Positions 27,896 through 42,800 of a DNA stretch of 44,239 nt are shown piece after piece. The position numbers and the translations under genes were made by a program. Under the pieces are notes generated by a model. It was not told the DNA's origin and ran no database searches. It was given only the letters and a program-made list of their open reading frames with translations. How positions within the stretch are numbered: the first letter of the stretch is position 1; every line of letters begins with the position of its first letter. Source of the DNA: an uncultured Methanosarcinales archaeon (GTDB taxonomy: Archaea > Nanobdellota > Nanobdellia > Woesearchaeales > CAZXZL01); assembly GCA_964645415.1 (NCBI GenBank), contig CAZXZL010000002.1:1-44239 (forward strand), written 5' to 3'.

Positions 27896-30800
27896 CTTAC
27901 TTCAACTCCTTCAATCAATTCATCATCTTTATAAGATAAATCTATCTCAATATCAATAAATTCATCTGGACCTTTAAATTCAATCTCTTTACTACCACTT
28001 TCAAAATATTCATGTTCCCATTTAATAATATGATTTTCATTTGTTCCTTCTGAACTATATAAATCACTCTCTGTAAATTTACCTCTTGAATCAGTTTCAT
28101 CAGAATGAGATTGTTTTGAATGATAGATTTCAACATCTAATCCTTCAACTGGTTCATTTCTAGGGTCTAGGAAAGTTACTTCAAGATTGTATAGAGGATA
28201 CATCGTAAAGTTAACTTCATTAAATGTATTTTCTTCTAACTCCTCATCTAAATAATCCCAAACAGGAGTTAAAGATATACTATCTTCTTCAATAATAAAA
28301 ATATCTCCTTTATAAAAAACATCGCTTAGTTCATAGTAACCATCTTCATTTGAATTTGTATTAAAACTATTTTCATGATAAGATATTTCTATATTCTCTA
28401 AATAATCACCATCATAATTTTTAATATACCCTCCAAAATCAGTTGTTGGTAAAGGATTCATTTCTATATAAAGATCATCATCTGGAGAATCTAATTTCAA
28501 TGAAACATCATAATATCCAAGTTTTTCAAAGTTAAGAGAATAAGAATAATTTTCAAAAACTTCAAATTCAAACTCACCATCATCACTTGTTGTAAAATCA
28601 TCAACATCCGAATTAAAATCATTATTTTGGTAAGAAACAAATACATCTTCATTTGATTCATTATCAGTTAAATTAACAAATCCTGAAAGGGAGACTTTTT
28701 CAAGCTCACTAAGATTTGCATCAATATTTTCTGTTTCTCCTTCTCCAAGATCAAGAGGAAATTCTTTAATTTCATAACCTTTTTTCATAATATAAACATC
28801 ATAATTACCCGGTTTCATATAATCAAATTGTTTACTATAACCTTCAATATTATCTTCAAAAATGACTTCATCTTCACTTTCAATAAGTACTTTTGGTGAA
28901 TCTACATCAGTTGTTAAATTAATTTTAGAATATTCTGAGACAATAACACTAACATCTTCATAAATTTCATTTGATTCAATATCATCTAATACATTATCTT
29001 GATAGGAAACAAATAAATCATCAGAATCTACAAATACTTTATTTTTACCTGAACGAGTTAAAATTTGAACTTCTCCAGATAACTCATCTGTTTCTTCTAT
29101 TAAAGAACTTTGACCATCAACTTTTAATCCAACATCTAAATTTCCAACAGGTTCACCAGAAGTATCTTCAACATTCAATTCAATGACACTACCAGTACAA
29201 TATCCACCAAAATCACAAAGGTTTTCAAGAGGATTATTATTCCAATCACTGAAATCATGACCATAAAGAAATTCTTTTTCAAAAACTAAATCACTATCAT
29301 AATCATCTTCACAAATTATTTTCAAGTTAGAAACTACTTTTCCACCACCTAAAGAACATAAGAAATCATTCTCCTCATCATAATCTCCCTCATCATCTAA
29401 ATAGTAATTTAAATTATCTAAATCAACACAATCATCTTCAGTTAATTTCAATTCAAATTTATTTTCAGAAACTCTTTTAAATTCTTGTTCAAAAGGTAAA
29501 GCAAAGTCACTATACTCATCATTAACTAATTTACAATAAGGAGAACTAGCTATATCTGGAGTGATATTCAGTTCAAAAATAATATTATTATTGTTTTCAA
29601 AATAGTATGTATCTGATACATAACCCTCAAAATCATCACCTAATGCTGAAACAGAGTCATAATAATAAGGAGGTTCTAAAGTTACATCAAAAGATAATTC
29701 TGAATCTTTTCTAACATCAATTTCTTTAGTTTTAACATTACCAATCCTATCATAAGATTTAACTTCTAAAATATAATCGCCATCATTTTCAATATCAAAA
29801 GTTTCATCAAAATAAAATGAAGGATATTCTTCCTCTAAAACATAAACTTCTTCTCCACTATCAATAACATTATTAGCTCTTTCATCTAAAATCAATTTAG
29901 TTTGATCATTACCAATATAATTACTATCTATTATCTCTCTTCTAAATAAGTCATCTTGATTAAACCAAATATAATGATTATCATAAACCCCTTCAATATC
30001 ATCATCTATTATTAAAGAATTATTTCCAAAATAAACATTTTCTGATAAAATAAGACTTTCTATATTTTCATTATACCCTTTAAAATCAGATGACTCATAT
30101 TCACTAAAGTCGATCTCATTATTATTTTCATCAATAATAGATATATTTATTCCTTCAGAAGATTCTGAAGTAGTACCTCTTAAAAAGATTTCCCCACTTG
30201 TTGTAACCTTAGGAATTACATCTAAATTAAGTTCAGGGGAAGAGTCATTAAAGTAAAATTTAGTTGTATTTTTTCTAATATTTCCTGCCTTATCTTCAAT
30301 CTCAAAAGTAATATTTTGTTTACCAGAAGAATCTAAATCAAAGTTAAAATCAAATACTTGTTTTTGAACATTAATATTTCTTGAATCGCCTTTTTCATGG
30401 TTTTCATATCTTAGTTCAGTAACATCATCATCAACTTCAAATTCAGCAGTTAAAAAGTCAGTATTTGTTTCATAAATTAATTTATCATCAGTTTGTGTTT
30501 TAATTAAATTATAATTATTATCCTCAAGATAAAAAGTAAAGTTAGGATAATTTAATTCTTTATCAATAACAATCTCTTCAGTCCTAGTAGAAACATCACC
30601 AGCATAATTTTCAGCAAAGATTGTCATCTCATTAGTATCAATACTTTCATTCAATTCAACATTAAAACTAAATTTATGATGGTTGTTTTGAGAATCATGA
30701 CTAGAAAAAGAATAATTCTCTTCATCGTTTAACTCAACCCAAACACGATATAAATGATTGTCAGCTATATTAACATCAAAATCATATTCTTCAGAATTAG

Positions 30801-33800
30801 TGACATTAACAAAATCACCACCTAATCTAATTTCTGGGGAACCAGAAGTATGGTTTAAAATATAATATTTCTTAGAATTAGTATTTCCACCAACATTTTT
30901 TGCATCAACTTTTAATTCAAAAAGTCGATTAGGATAATTATTAAATGTATCTTTTTTCTCAAAGTCAAATGAAAATTCTTTTTCATCACCATCAATATTC
31001 TCTGAATAACTTGTTGAATCATCATAAGTATTATCAGACATAGTTCTAAGATTATAACTAACATCCTCAATATAACTAAACTCTTCTTCAACAAGAATAT
31101 TTGCTGAAAGTCCATCACTATCTAAGTTAATAAACTTTTTCAAATCAGATTCCTGTAAATAATAACTATAAATTTTAGGATTACGTGGATTAAAAGCAAA
31201 TAAATCATAATTAAAATCGGAAGAGATATTTGGTCCTGATTTATCAACATAATAAATCATATCAACAGCAGATGAAATAGTTTCACCACCATTTTGATAA
31301 GTACAATTAATATCAAAATCTTTTTTTCCCTCCTCATTCAAAGTAATTTCATAATGACTATTATAGTTATCTTTTCTTTCAAATGAACCTCTTCTTCCAT
31401 CTTCATAAATTAATTCACAAGAAATTTGTTCATTATCATTCTCTTCATTAAACATAACAGAGATTTCTTCATCACCTAATTCATAAAAAACATTTTCATT
31501 AGGAGGATTAATATCGATTATTGCAAATTCATCTAAATCAACAGTTATATTTTTAATTTTAGGATCACTCATAATATTACCAGCAACATCTTTACATAAT
31601 ACACCTAATTCATAAAACCCATTTAAAGCATCTGGATCAAATTGATCTTCTGATGAAATATCAACAAGAAGGTCTGTAAAATCATATGAATGGTTTTCAG
31701 AAAAAATTTGGGATTTGAACTCCCAATCATCCAAATTAGATAAAAAGTCATTTTTAGTATTACTTGTAATCTCATTTTCTTCAGCAAAGTAGAAACATTT
31801 TGTGAAAACAGAATCTNNNNNNNNNNNNNNNNNNNNNNNNNNNNNNNNNNNNNNNNNNNNNNNNNNNNNNNNNNNNNNNNNNNNNNNNNNNNNNNNNNNN
31901 NNNNNNNNNNNNNNNNACTTGTAATCTCATTTTCTTCAGCAAAGTAGAAACATTTTGTGAAAACAGAATCTTCTTCATCTTCATCATTGTATGTATCAAA
32001 CTTAATCTCTCCTAAACTCTGAGAAGAAGAACTTGAAATAATATAATTGTGAAAGTTAGGGTCTTTAACAGCATCAATTTCAGTATTATGTATTATTGGT
32101 TTTTCATTATCAATTATAATATCAAACCAAAGTCTTTCTTCATTTAAAATTGGATCAGTACATTCAAGATTATCATAGCTACCATCAGAAAATCTTTGGT
32201 CATAATATGATTCTTGATAGTCTTGATTAAAATAAACACCACAACTAGTCTCTTGATTACATAATCTACACCTTGTCTCATGAGATGTTGAAAAATTAAC
32301 ATCAAAATTATTTGAAGTTACAAAGAATTTATTAGGATCAACATCATATATATCTTCACTAAGAAAACCACCTTCTTTAACATTATCTATTGTAATCTCA
32401 GGTGTTGTTGTATCAAAATTAATTTTAATTTCTTCTCTTTTTCTATTATTAGCACCATCAGTTAAATCAAAAGAAATGATTTCTTCATCTAGTTCGTTTT
32501 CGTCATTATCTTCAAATTCAAAAGAAATATTTAATAAACCTGAATCAATATGACTAGAAGAAGAAACTAAATTTTCATTATCAATATTTTCTTGTGATAA
32601 AGATCTTGAATAAAGAGAATTTCTATCTAAATCTGAAATATTATAAATTAAATAAGGTTCTTTACATGAACTCATAAATTCATAGTCACTTTCTGAAATA
32701 ATCCCAAGACCTTCTTGATTACAACCATAATCATATAATTCATTTAATTCTGGTTTATTATCTTTATAAGTAAATTCAAAGTAATCAAGCTCAATTTCAT
32801 TTCCAGCAAAATCTTCAACATAATAACAAAGGTTATAATCATCATAGTCACTATCAAAATTAACATCTGAAAAATCAATTGTAAGCTCCTCAAAATCTAA
32901 AGGATTATCATAAATAAATGTTTCTGCATTTGATCTAGTAACATGATAGTCATTACAATCTTCGTTAACAATATTATATCTAAATTCTTTTATTCCTGAA
33001 GAAAATTCATCACTTGTTTTTTCTTTAATTGTTAAAGCACCATCTTCATTAGTCCATGTTAAAAATAAATTGTGGTTTAAATCATTACCACTAAACTCAT
33101 CATAATTAAAATCAATCTGTGGCTCAGTACGATCAATTAATAAGTCAAAAGAAAATTCTTTTTTATTACTTGCTTTATCTTCAACAAAACATTCAGCAGT
33201 CATATTTCCATTGTCAATTAAACCAATATAAAGTTTTAATTCAAAACTTGTTGGATCAAAATCAGAAGCTATTTCTGGATCATCTCCTGAACCTTCATTA
33301 TAATTAAAACTACAATCAAAATCAACCATATTAGTGTTCTGCCTTTCAATTTCTGTAATATTTACATAATTCCCATCATCACCACCAATATAAAAATCAT
33401 CAAAAGAATCTAGTAAAGAAGGTTTTTCATTATCAAAAAATATTTCATATGATAAATCATGCTTGTTATTAAATATATCAACTAATTCAAGTTCTAATTC
33501 ATGTGAACCAGGATTAAAACGGCGATGTATATCTAAATCATACTCAATATTGATCTTATTATTATCAGAACTTTCCTTTTCATAATCAATATTTCCTTCA
33601 TTTAAAAATTTATAGTACTGATTTGAAGTAGAATCTAAAAATTCATCTGTTTTAATTTCTAAATCATCAATATAAGTACAAAAATTATGATCATAAATAC
33701 TTTTTTCACAAGTTTGTTCATAAATATTAAACAATACATCAAAATTTCTTTCATTTGTATAAAAAACATCTGCTGATGGAGAGTAAGTATTTTCTGAATC

Positions 33801-36800
33801 AATATAAACTATTTGAATATCATGATTAACATCTTTTGTGGCATCTTCTTCTTCAACAATTTTATATGATCTTAATCTTAGAGTTAATCTGTCTCCGGAA
33901 GAGATATCATTATTAGTAAAATCAAAATTTTTAGTAAATGAATAATTATTAATTCTATTAATATTTGATACATCAAATTCATTAATTATTTCTCCATCTT
34001 CATCCAAAAGTTTAGATTTTGTAATATGAATGTCTGATTGATCATCATTTGAACGATTGTATGTTAAATTTAAATCAAGATACTTTTCTTGTGTGAAAAT
34101 AATTCTATCATCATCTTTAACAACATGATTTTCATTTAAAGAATCAATTCTTGGCATTCTAGTAGACTCTGTAAAAATAAACCAAAAATCTTTATTTAAT
34201 TCATTATAAGCTTTATCTCTAGCATAAACACTAATATTAAATTCACCCTCATCTATATTACGATTAAAAAGGGTTACAGAATCACCTCTAGTATGAGAAT
34301 CTTGATTTTCTAAATCACCACTAAAATCAAAATGCTCTCCAACTACATTAACATCATCTAAAAAATCATCTTGGATATCAAATTCAATTCGATTATTTCC
34401 AAAAGTTGAATAAGAACTATTAAAATTACTTGGTTGAATTAAGTTAATTTCTGGTTTAGATGTTTTAATATGCACATTAATCGAATCATAGCTGTACTCA
34501 AAATTACCAAACTCATCTTTACCATAAACATAACCAGTATAATTACAATAATCATTGCCATTACAATCAAAATCAAAATCATCTAAAATAAAATTCTCTC
34601 TAATATTTTCACCACCTTCATGAACAACTTCAACATCTATTTTATCACCTTCAGAATAACTTTTTCTTAAAGGATGTAAAGAAATTTGTCCAGGAGAAAT
34701 AACTTCACCGACAAAATCTCTATCTCGATCAATTATAGGACTATCGGGAATTAATTCATTTTCTCCACACTCAACATTATATGTATTTTCAGTTATAACT
34801 TCTTGAATTTCACATTTAATTTCATCATATGACAAGTTAAGGATTTCATTATTATATTCTTCAAAGATGTCACAATCATTTTCATCAAAAGGAATTTCTG
34901 TAGTATCCATCTCATCTTTATTAAAACAAACAGTCACATCATAATTTAAATCAGAATATGTAGGTTCACCATCATCAATATTAATCATTAAAGGAAAATC
35001 TTCTTCTCTATTTGTAAATATTTCATCAGTATCATAATACCACCATCTAAAATCATCTCCTCTCAATCCCAAAGTATCAAACTTTTGATTAAATAAATCA
35101 ACTTTTTTATTATAAGTTCTTGATAAATCACTATATTTTAATTCAACGGAAAATTCTCTTTTATTTTGACTCCCAATAATATTTTCAATTTCAGAGTAAT
35201 CAATAGTAGTATAATAAAAATTACCAAAATTATTCTCACAAGTGCTTTCAAAATTACTACTAACTCCATGAAAATCATTTAATATACTACACCTTCCATC
35301 CATAGAGTGCATTTCAAAATATTCTGAATTGTCAGAATAAGTTATAGAGAGATTTTTATTTAAAATAGGACTAGAAGAATTAACAACTACTAACATCTCA
35401 GATTCATCATATAATATTGTTTCTTCGTGATTTAAAAAACTATTTCCTGTTACAGAAGGAACTTCTGGAGGTTCAACTTCAAAAGTATTTTGAGAAAACT
35501 TAGTATTTCCAAAATAATCAGTTGCTTCAATATAAAAATCATATTCTCCTACTCCAATATCATAAAATCCATCTGCTTCCATACCATTATAGTCTGTTTC
35601 TTCAGGACTTAAAGAAATATTAAAATCACAACCAGAAGTACAATTAATACTATCAGAATCTGAGTGATGATAAGAATCAAAAGCAGATTTTGATACAGAA
35701 ATATCATTTACTCTCAATGAAGCTTCGTTATTATCATCGGAGATGAAAATTAAATAGAAAGGTTCGTTGTCATTTTTTACTTCAATAATATCACTAAAAA
35801 ACTCATCAGTTTGAGATAATTCAACACGATTATCACTACCATAAATAAAATCAAAACTACCTTCACTTAAGTCATAATTTAAATTAATATAATATGTTCC
35901 TTTATCTAATTCTAAATATCTTTCAACTCTTGAACTATCACCAAATTCTGCATCAAATTCAATATAATTGAAAGGTTGTTCATTACATTCAATTTCTCCT
36001 TCTCCTGATTTATCCCAATTCTCACAATCATCATTAAAGCTAGGATTTGGATAAAATTCACTATCATAAATTATTTCATATTGGTAACTAATATTACTAA
36101 AAGGTTCATCTAAGTAATTCCCATACTCTTCATCACTTAATTCAATAGATAAATTGATCTCCTCACCATAATCAAATTCATAAAAATTATTATAATCTAC
36201 TTCAGGTGGAAAAATATCAAAATGAGCTTCTTGATTATCAGAACCAATATAACCTAGAGATTGTACACCCACATCTAAGGTTAATATTTCACTATCATCA
36301 ATATTTGAAACATTTATAACTTCCTTTTCAACAATAATAAATTCATCATTATAATTTCTTCTAAACTGATCATTGTTTCTAGCATCCAAAATAATCTCGC
36401 TATTAATATAAGAAGAGTAAAGTAAATCACCAGATATTTTATATCCCTTTCTTTCAACTATATCATATCCTGAAATGGAATCATAAGATAAATCATCTGA
36501 AATTTCAAAATCTTCATTAGCATCAAAAGAAGTAATATAAAACCTTTCAATTCCATCAGTTAAAACTTCAAAATCAAAAGAATTTGTATCAGAAGAAGGC
36601 ATATTTTTACCAAAAGAGTTATATCTATTATCTGGATCATTTGAAAGAGTAATCCAATACCAATCATTATCTGGATCATAATCTACAGAGTAAGACTCAC
36701 GATAATCATTACCATATTTAACTTCAATGTGATCTCCTGAAAAATCATCTGGTTTAAAGAAAATAAAAATAATTTCATCTTCTATATCCTCACGAAGATA

Positions 36801-39800
36801 ATTATCACCCTCATCGTTACCAAAATGATAATTTTTGTTATCAATCCGATCATCATAACTTTCATCAGGATTAATTGAAAAATAATTAAGTTCTACTAAA
36901 TTATCCTTTACTAAATTAACTTCATGATCTTCAATAAAATCATAACCAGATAGATTAATTTGATAAACAGGATCTAAAGTATCATCAATATATCTAATAC
37001 AAATATCATTAAGAGTATTAATTCCACTTAAATCAGTAATATTCATACAGAATTCAGTAGGTCCATCAATATCATCAATAACAATTTCTCCGATTTCACT
37101 CCCTTCACCAAACTCAAATTGACTTTCTATTGAATCATCACCATAATTAAAATAAACTTCAGGATTACTTAAACCAAAACTTCCTGGTTGATCTAATTGA
37201 TCTTCACCTGTAATTCGATTCAAGATTCTACTTTCTTGAGCTTGAATAGTTAGGTCACCAGAAGTATCTCTTCTTGTACCCACTTCATATAAACTATCTT
37301 CATTAAGCCAAATCTCATCATAACCATATCTTAATAAAGCAAAAGGTGGTTGTCTATCGACAGTGAATTCAGTTGAATGTACCTTTTCACCAATTATAAA
37401 CTCTTCTCCTTCAGCTATTTCAATTTCACAAGATAAATAAACACGATGGTTTGAAGAAAAACTATGTCTTGGAAAACTAAATAATTCATCATATAAATTA
37501 ATTTCACAATTACCATCATCATCACAATCATCTACTTCATTATCTGAACTAAAGTTGTGATAAGTTTTTGGTAAATCTTGAGTAAGATAAAAATAAGATA
37601 AATCTACATTAGAAGAGTTATCAGAAGATAAAGTAAATCTATATTCTCCAGGATTAAATTCATCTTCATCTAAATCAACAGAAAATAATATATCATCATA
37701 ACCAACTGACTCAATCATTCCTTTAGATGGATTAAACGTTTTTTCAAGATTGTCACTTCCATCTAAATTGTTAATAGAAAGATTAATTTTAGAATAATTT
37801 CTAACTCTTAAAGATCCTCTAACAGTATAACTAGTATTAAGAGTACAATTTTGACAAGTAAAATAATTTTCAGGATAATTTTGAACAAATGAAAGATCTT
37901 CACTAAAAGATTTAGTTTCAAGAGGTTCATCTAATCTCAGATTAGAGTTATAATTAAAGTTATCATTAACTTCGTTTAAACTCCAACGACAAGAAGAAGC
38001 TGTTGTTTCAAAAGTTAAATTCAAATCATCATATCGTGATTTTGTACTCATCCTATCAAGAATTAAATTTTGATCACCTTGTACGAAAAAATATTCTTGA
38101 TCTTCATTAATATTTCCAGCTTTATCTATTAATGTATAATTAAGTACATATTGTCCATCAGAAAGTTCATTTAAAGTATAATTAATTTCAGAATTTGGTG
38201 TTAAATTACCAGAATTAAAGTCACTTAATCTTTCAACAAGTTCATTATCCTCATCATAGACTTCAAATTCATAAAATACTATTTTTTCATCAGTTTTTAG
38301 AGATGGCTTAATAGTTACATTTGTTCTCCATCTAGCGATTCTTGTTTCACCTAAAAAAGAAAGAGAAGGATCATATGTATAAGAAAAATTAACTTCTGGT
38401 TCAACACAATCAACATAAATATCTTCAATAGTAGAAATAGGATGGTTTTCAATAGATATATTAATATTAGTATTAAAAAGAGTTTTATCAGATAAATCTT
38501 CAAAGTCAGAACAAAGATCTAATTCCTTATTTAATACAGAAATAGCATAATTTTCCCTATCAAAAAAACTATCTAAAGCAAAGTTATTCCTTTGATAAAG
38601 AGGAAATAAATCCTCATAGCTAAATTTATAAGAATGAGATAAAATATCTTGACCACCATCAATTTCAAAACTTAAATTAAGATAATCAACATGATGATTT
38701 TTATAATCAGCAAATAACTCATCATATAATGTAAATAAAAAACCACTTTCTACAGAAATAACAGGAGAAGATTTTTCAATAAAAGGAGTCATCTCTCTAT
38801 TATAACAAACATATTGATTATATTTTTCTATATCCTCATTATCTTGAACAAGAAAATCATAGTATTTGTTAACATTTGACATATTTACAAGATCAATTTT
38901 ATAATCAAAATCTGGACTAACTAGGCGATTACAATCTTGCCTTTCATTAATTGAGTCAAATTTACTTCCATCTCTTTTAATATCAGTAGGTTGAAGGTGA
39001 TCATCAATACAAACATGATCTCCACCTATCATATGTAAAGAACAATCTCCATATGCCTCACAAATTGATTCAAATTTTGAAAAATTATCAAAAAATCTAA
39101 CAGAAGAATCACTAATATACCCTCTTTGATTAAATAAGTCACAATTTGAAAAAGAATCATATTTTGGTCTAACAACATCATAAGTAGAAGTCTCTGATAT
39201 TTTTACTCTCTCAAAATCACAATCATAATTTAAACAAGGTGATTCCTCATGAGATTCATCTACAGATAAATAAGAGTAATCATAACAAGAAGATATTTCT
39301 TTACACGTCTCAGAAACTATTTTTGAATGTGTATCATCACGAAGATAACAACCTAAATCACAAGTTGCATCTTGATTAGAAACAGCATCAGTTGGTACAT
39401 CAAACTCATAATCTAAATAATTAAAACTAGAATGAGAAAATAAACCTAATAAAGAACCACAATTACTACAATCAATAATACCATCTTCTAATAGAAAAGC
39501 ACTTTCTTCAGTTTGTTGACACATATGATCACTTTCACGATCAAAACTTGCAACTTCTCTTGTTCTAGTTTCATCACCCGTGTGATGAATATATGAATAA
39601 TTACAAGTAAAAACATTATTTTTTAAATCAGTAAAATCTTCATCATACCTAAATAACTGGTCCACAATATGACCACAAAATTTTTCCTGTCCATCATAAA
39701 GATCATAAGAAATTTTACAAAAAGAAGAAAAGACAAAAGGATTATCATGAGGGGTAGGATTAGATTTTACTTTATCAAAGAAAGGTTCTTCATAAACCGA

Positions 39801-42800
39801 TTTTACAAAAAATTCATATCCTAAGTCAACAGGTAAGTTTCCGACAGTAAAACTATCTTCAGGATCTTCAATAGTATCTAATAAAATCACTTCATCATTC
39901 CTTTCAAAGTTAATTAAACTATTAATATCATTATCATATGTAACTGAAGAAACATTTGCATAAAGTTCATAATAATCAGGATCACAAGAATCAATAATAT
40001 CAAAAGTAACACTTAAATCATCATAAGACATTTCAGAAATCTCTAACTCAACACCTGGTTTATCAAAAGTACAAGAAATATCACCTAAAGTAATTTCTTC
40101 TAAAGCTTCTTTGTCATCATCATCACAATTAAAAGTTCTTTGAAAAGTTTTTCTTTCTAAACCTTCTTTTAAAAATATAAATTCATAAGTATTATCACAC
40201 ATTAATTCAAAATCAGCATTACCTTCATTATCTGTATCTTGAGAATGATCTAAAGTAATATAATTTGACTCAAATTCTTCTTCCTCATGACTTGTAACTA
40301 ATATTTCAACATCTTCTATAGGTTCATCATTAATATAAAATACTGAAAAACTCAAATCAAGAAAATATTTATTTGTTAATTCAATATTATCTTTCTCAAT
40401 ATTAATTGTAGATGGAGTAATTTGTCCTTCTAAATCATCGTTAGTAATACCAATATTTTTTGATTCAAAGTAAAGCCCATCATAGGGATCAAGGGCTCTT
40501 AAAGTTGCGGAACCATCATATAAAATTTCTTCAGGAAGATTATAATTGCCATTTGAATCACTTAAACCACGAATATTATCATGAATAACATTGGTTCCTT
40601 TCATATCATCACCATCATAAATCTCTCCATTAAAATCACCAGAAACAGAACCAGAAACATTTAAATTAACTTCATTAACATCAAAAATAACTTCAATATT
40701 TTCTTTATCATTATCAACATAAATTTCTTTTTCATAAGTATGTGTCATTCCACCAAGTTCAGCAAATAATCGAATTGTAAACTCTCCAGTTGGAACTTCT
40801 TCAAAATTAAATTCTGAATGTCCTCCATCTGAAGAAACAGAAGAATCAAAATCATCAATTAAATTAATTTCATGATAATCCCAACGACCAAAACCATCAT
40901 CAGAATCATCAAATGTCAAATTATAATAAACATCCCCTGAAACATCATGTCTAAAATCACAAGGTTCATCTTGAATTGAACCGGCACAACAATAAGTTTC
41001 ATCACCTTTAGGTAAATTTTCTATTAAATCATCACCACAATAACAGAAATCAATCTCATCATAATTTGGAAATGTGTTACTGAAAATTTCTAACGGATGA
41101 TTTTCAATATTCTCATTATCTATATAAAGAACTTCAGGACAAGAAATATCTTCAGGACGAGGATCAATGTTAACAGAACAACAACGATCATCATTACTTA
41201 TTATACCTTGAAGACCTCTACAAACTTGTTTATCTAATTCAGAATAATCAGCATCTCTTATTCTTTTTTCATCACCACAAGTTCCATCTATTTCACAACG
41301 AGAATAACAACTTTGACCGGAGTCACAACCATCATAATCTAGCTCTGGTCCAACACCATAATCTGGATCACAACAACTCCCTACTTCATGACAGTGATCA
41401 GCTTGTTGACATAAAGAAGATCTAGGACATTCAGAACAAAATATATCATTATGAACATCACCATCAAGATTAAAATCATTCCACTCACCATCATCCCATC
41501 GATATGTTGTTAAAAGATCATGTTCAAAATCACAAGAAGTATCTGTACAAACAGAATCATGACCACATAATGAACAATACTCATCTCTTTGATTACTATC
41601 ATCTAAATCATAAAAAATAACTTCATCACTACCATTACAATAAGCATTTTCACTTAGTATACAATTTGATCTTTGTGAATGAATAGTATCATCAAATGAA
41701 TAAAAACCATCTTCTCTCTTTCCTTCATCATCATCATAAGGAACATGATTACAATCAGTATCTGGTTGTAAAACACATTCAGCATTTGAATCACAGAAGA
41801 AAGAATTGTCACAAAAATTAGGGTGTTGTTGAAAAGTTATTTCATTTTCATATATACACTCACCATCATAACATTCAAAATTTTGATAACAAGAAGCTTC
41901 ATCAGGATCAGAACAAGGACCTCCTTCAACAACAACTCCTTCAAAGTATTTCCCTGATTCACATTCTCTACCATAAATATCAAAAGTAAAATTAACTTCA
42001 TGAGGGTCATCTATTTGACTATAATGAAATTGTTTTACTTCTTCATTAAATCCAGAAGTAATAGCTGTTAATACAAAAGTGGAATTATAATTAGTTTCAA
42101 TCTCATATTCTCCGTCTTCAATTAATACAAAATCATTATAATTTCTACCGTCTCTACCTTCAGTGACTAAGAAAATAAATCCTGAATCAACAGGTTCATA
42201 ATCTCCTGTCGAATTTATTCTATCTACAGACCCATATATCGTTTTTGGCTCTTCAAAGAAATCATGTTCAACTTCATAGTCAATATCCCAGTTTTGAATT
42301 TCACCTGCTTCAAAATAAAAGTGTTCCATTAAAGGAGGATAACCTAATATATAAGAATAAACAGAAACAGAACCAATTGGAACATCCATTGAATAACTAT
42401 CGTCTTCTCCTCGAATTTGTTCTTCTCCATACCCGATAAAAACTTCATCATAATCAACACCTGTAGGAGGAACCAAACTACCTTCTAATGTTCCTTTACC
42501 TTCTTCATAGTAAAAATCAATATTTAATGTGGAATCAAAAACACCCTCAGATTCTAAATTTGAGTCATCATCATATTCATATATTTGCCAGTGTGTTTTA
42601 TTTAATATTAATCTATGTTCTTGAGTATAACCATCTCTTTCAAAAGAAATTGTTGTATCAACAGAGTCTGTTGTAAGGAAAAAATTAAAAGATAAAAGAC
42701 CGTCATCATCAGTAAAACCTTGATAATTACTATTTTCAATAGAAAATTCTACTAAAACATCATCAACAAAATCACCATCTAATTCAATAGATAAATTAAG

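Noticed and set aside
27892..31734. Independent 1280-aa gene or programmed frameshift
   Set aside because: Explained by the gap artefact; the frames join after collapsing the 55-bp overlap.
12972..42676. Short nested ORFs in the PPDK-like and giant genes (12972, 24222, 27942, 28971, 30912, 31781, 33119, 42245, 42488)
   Set aside because: By-products of biased codon usage; one spans the N gap.
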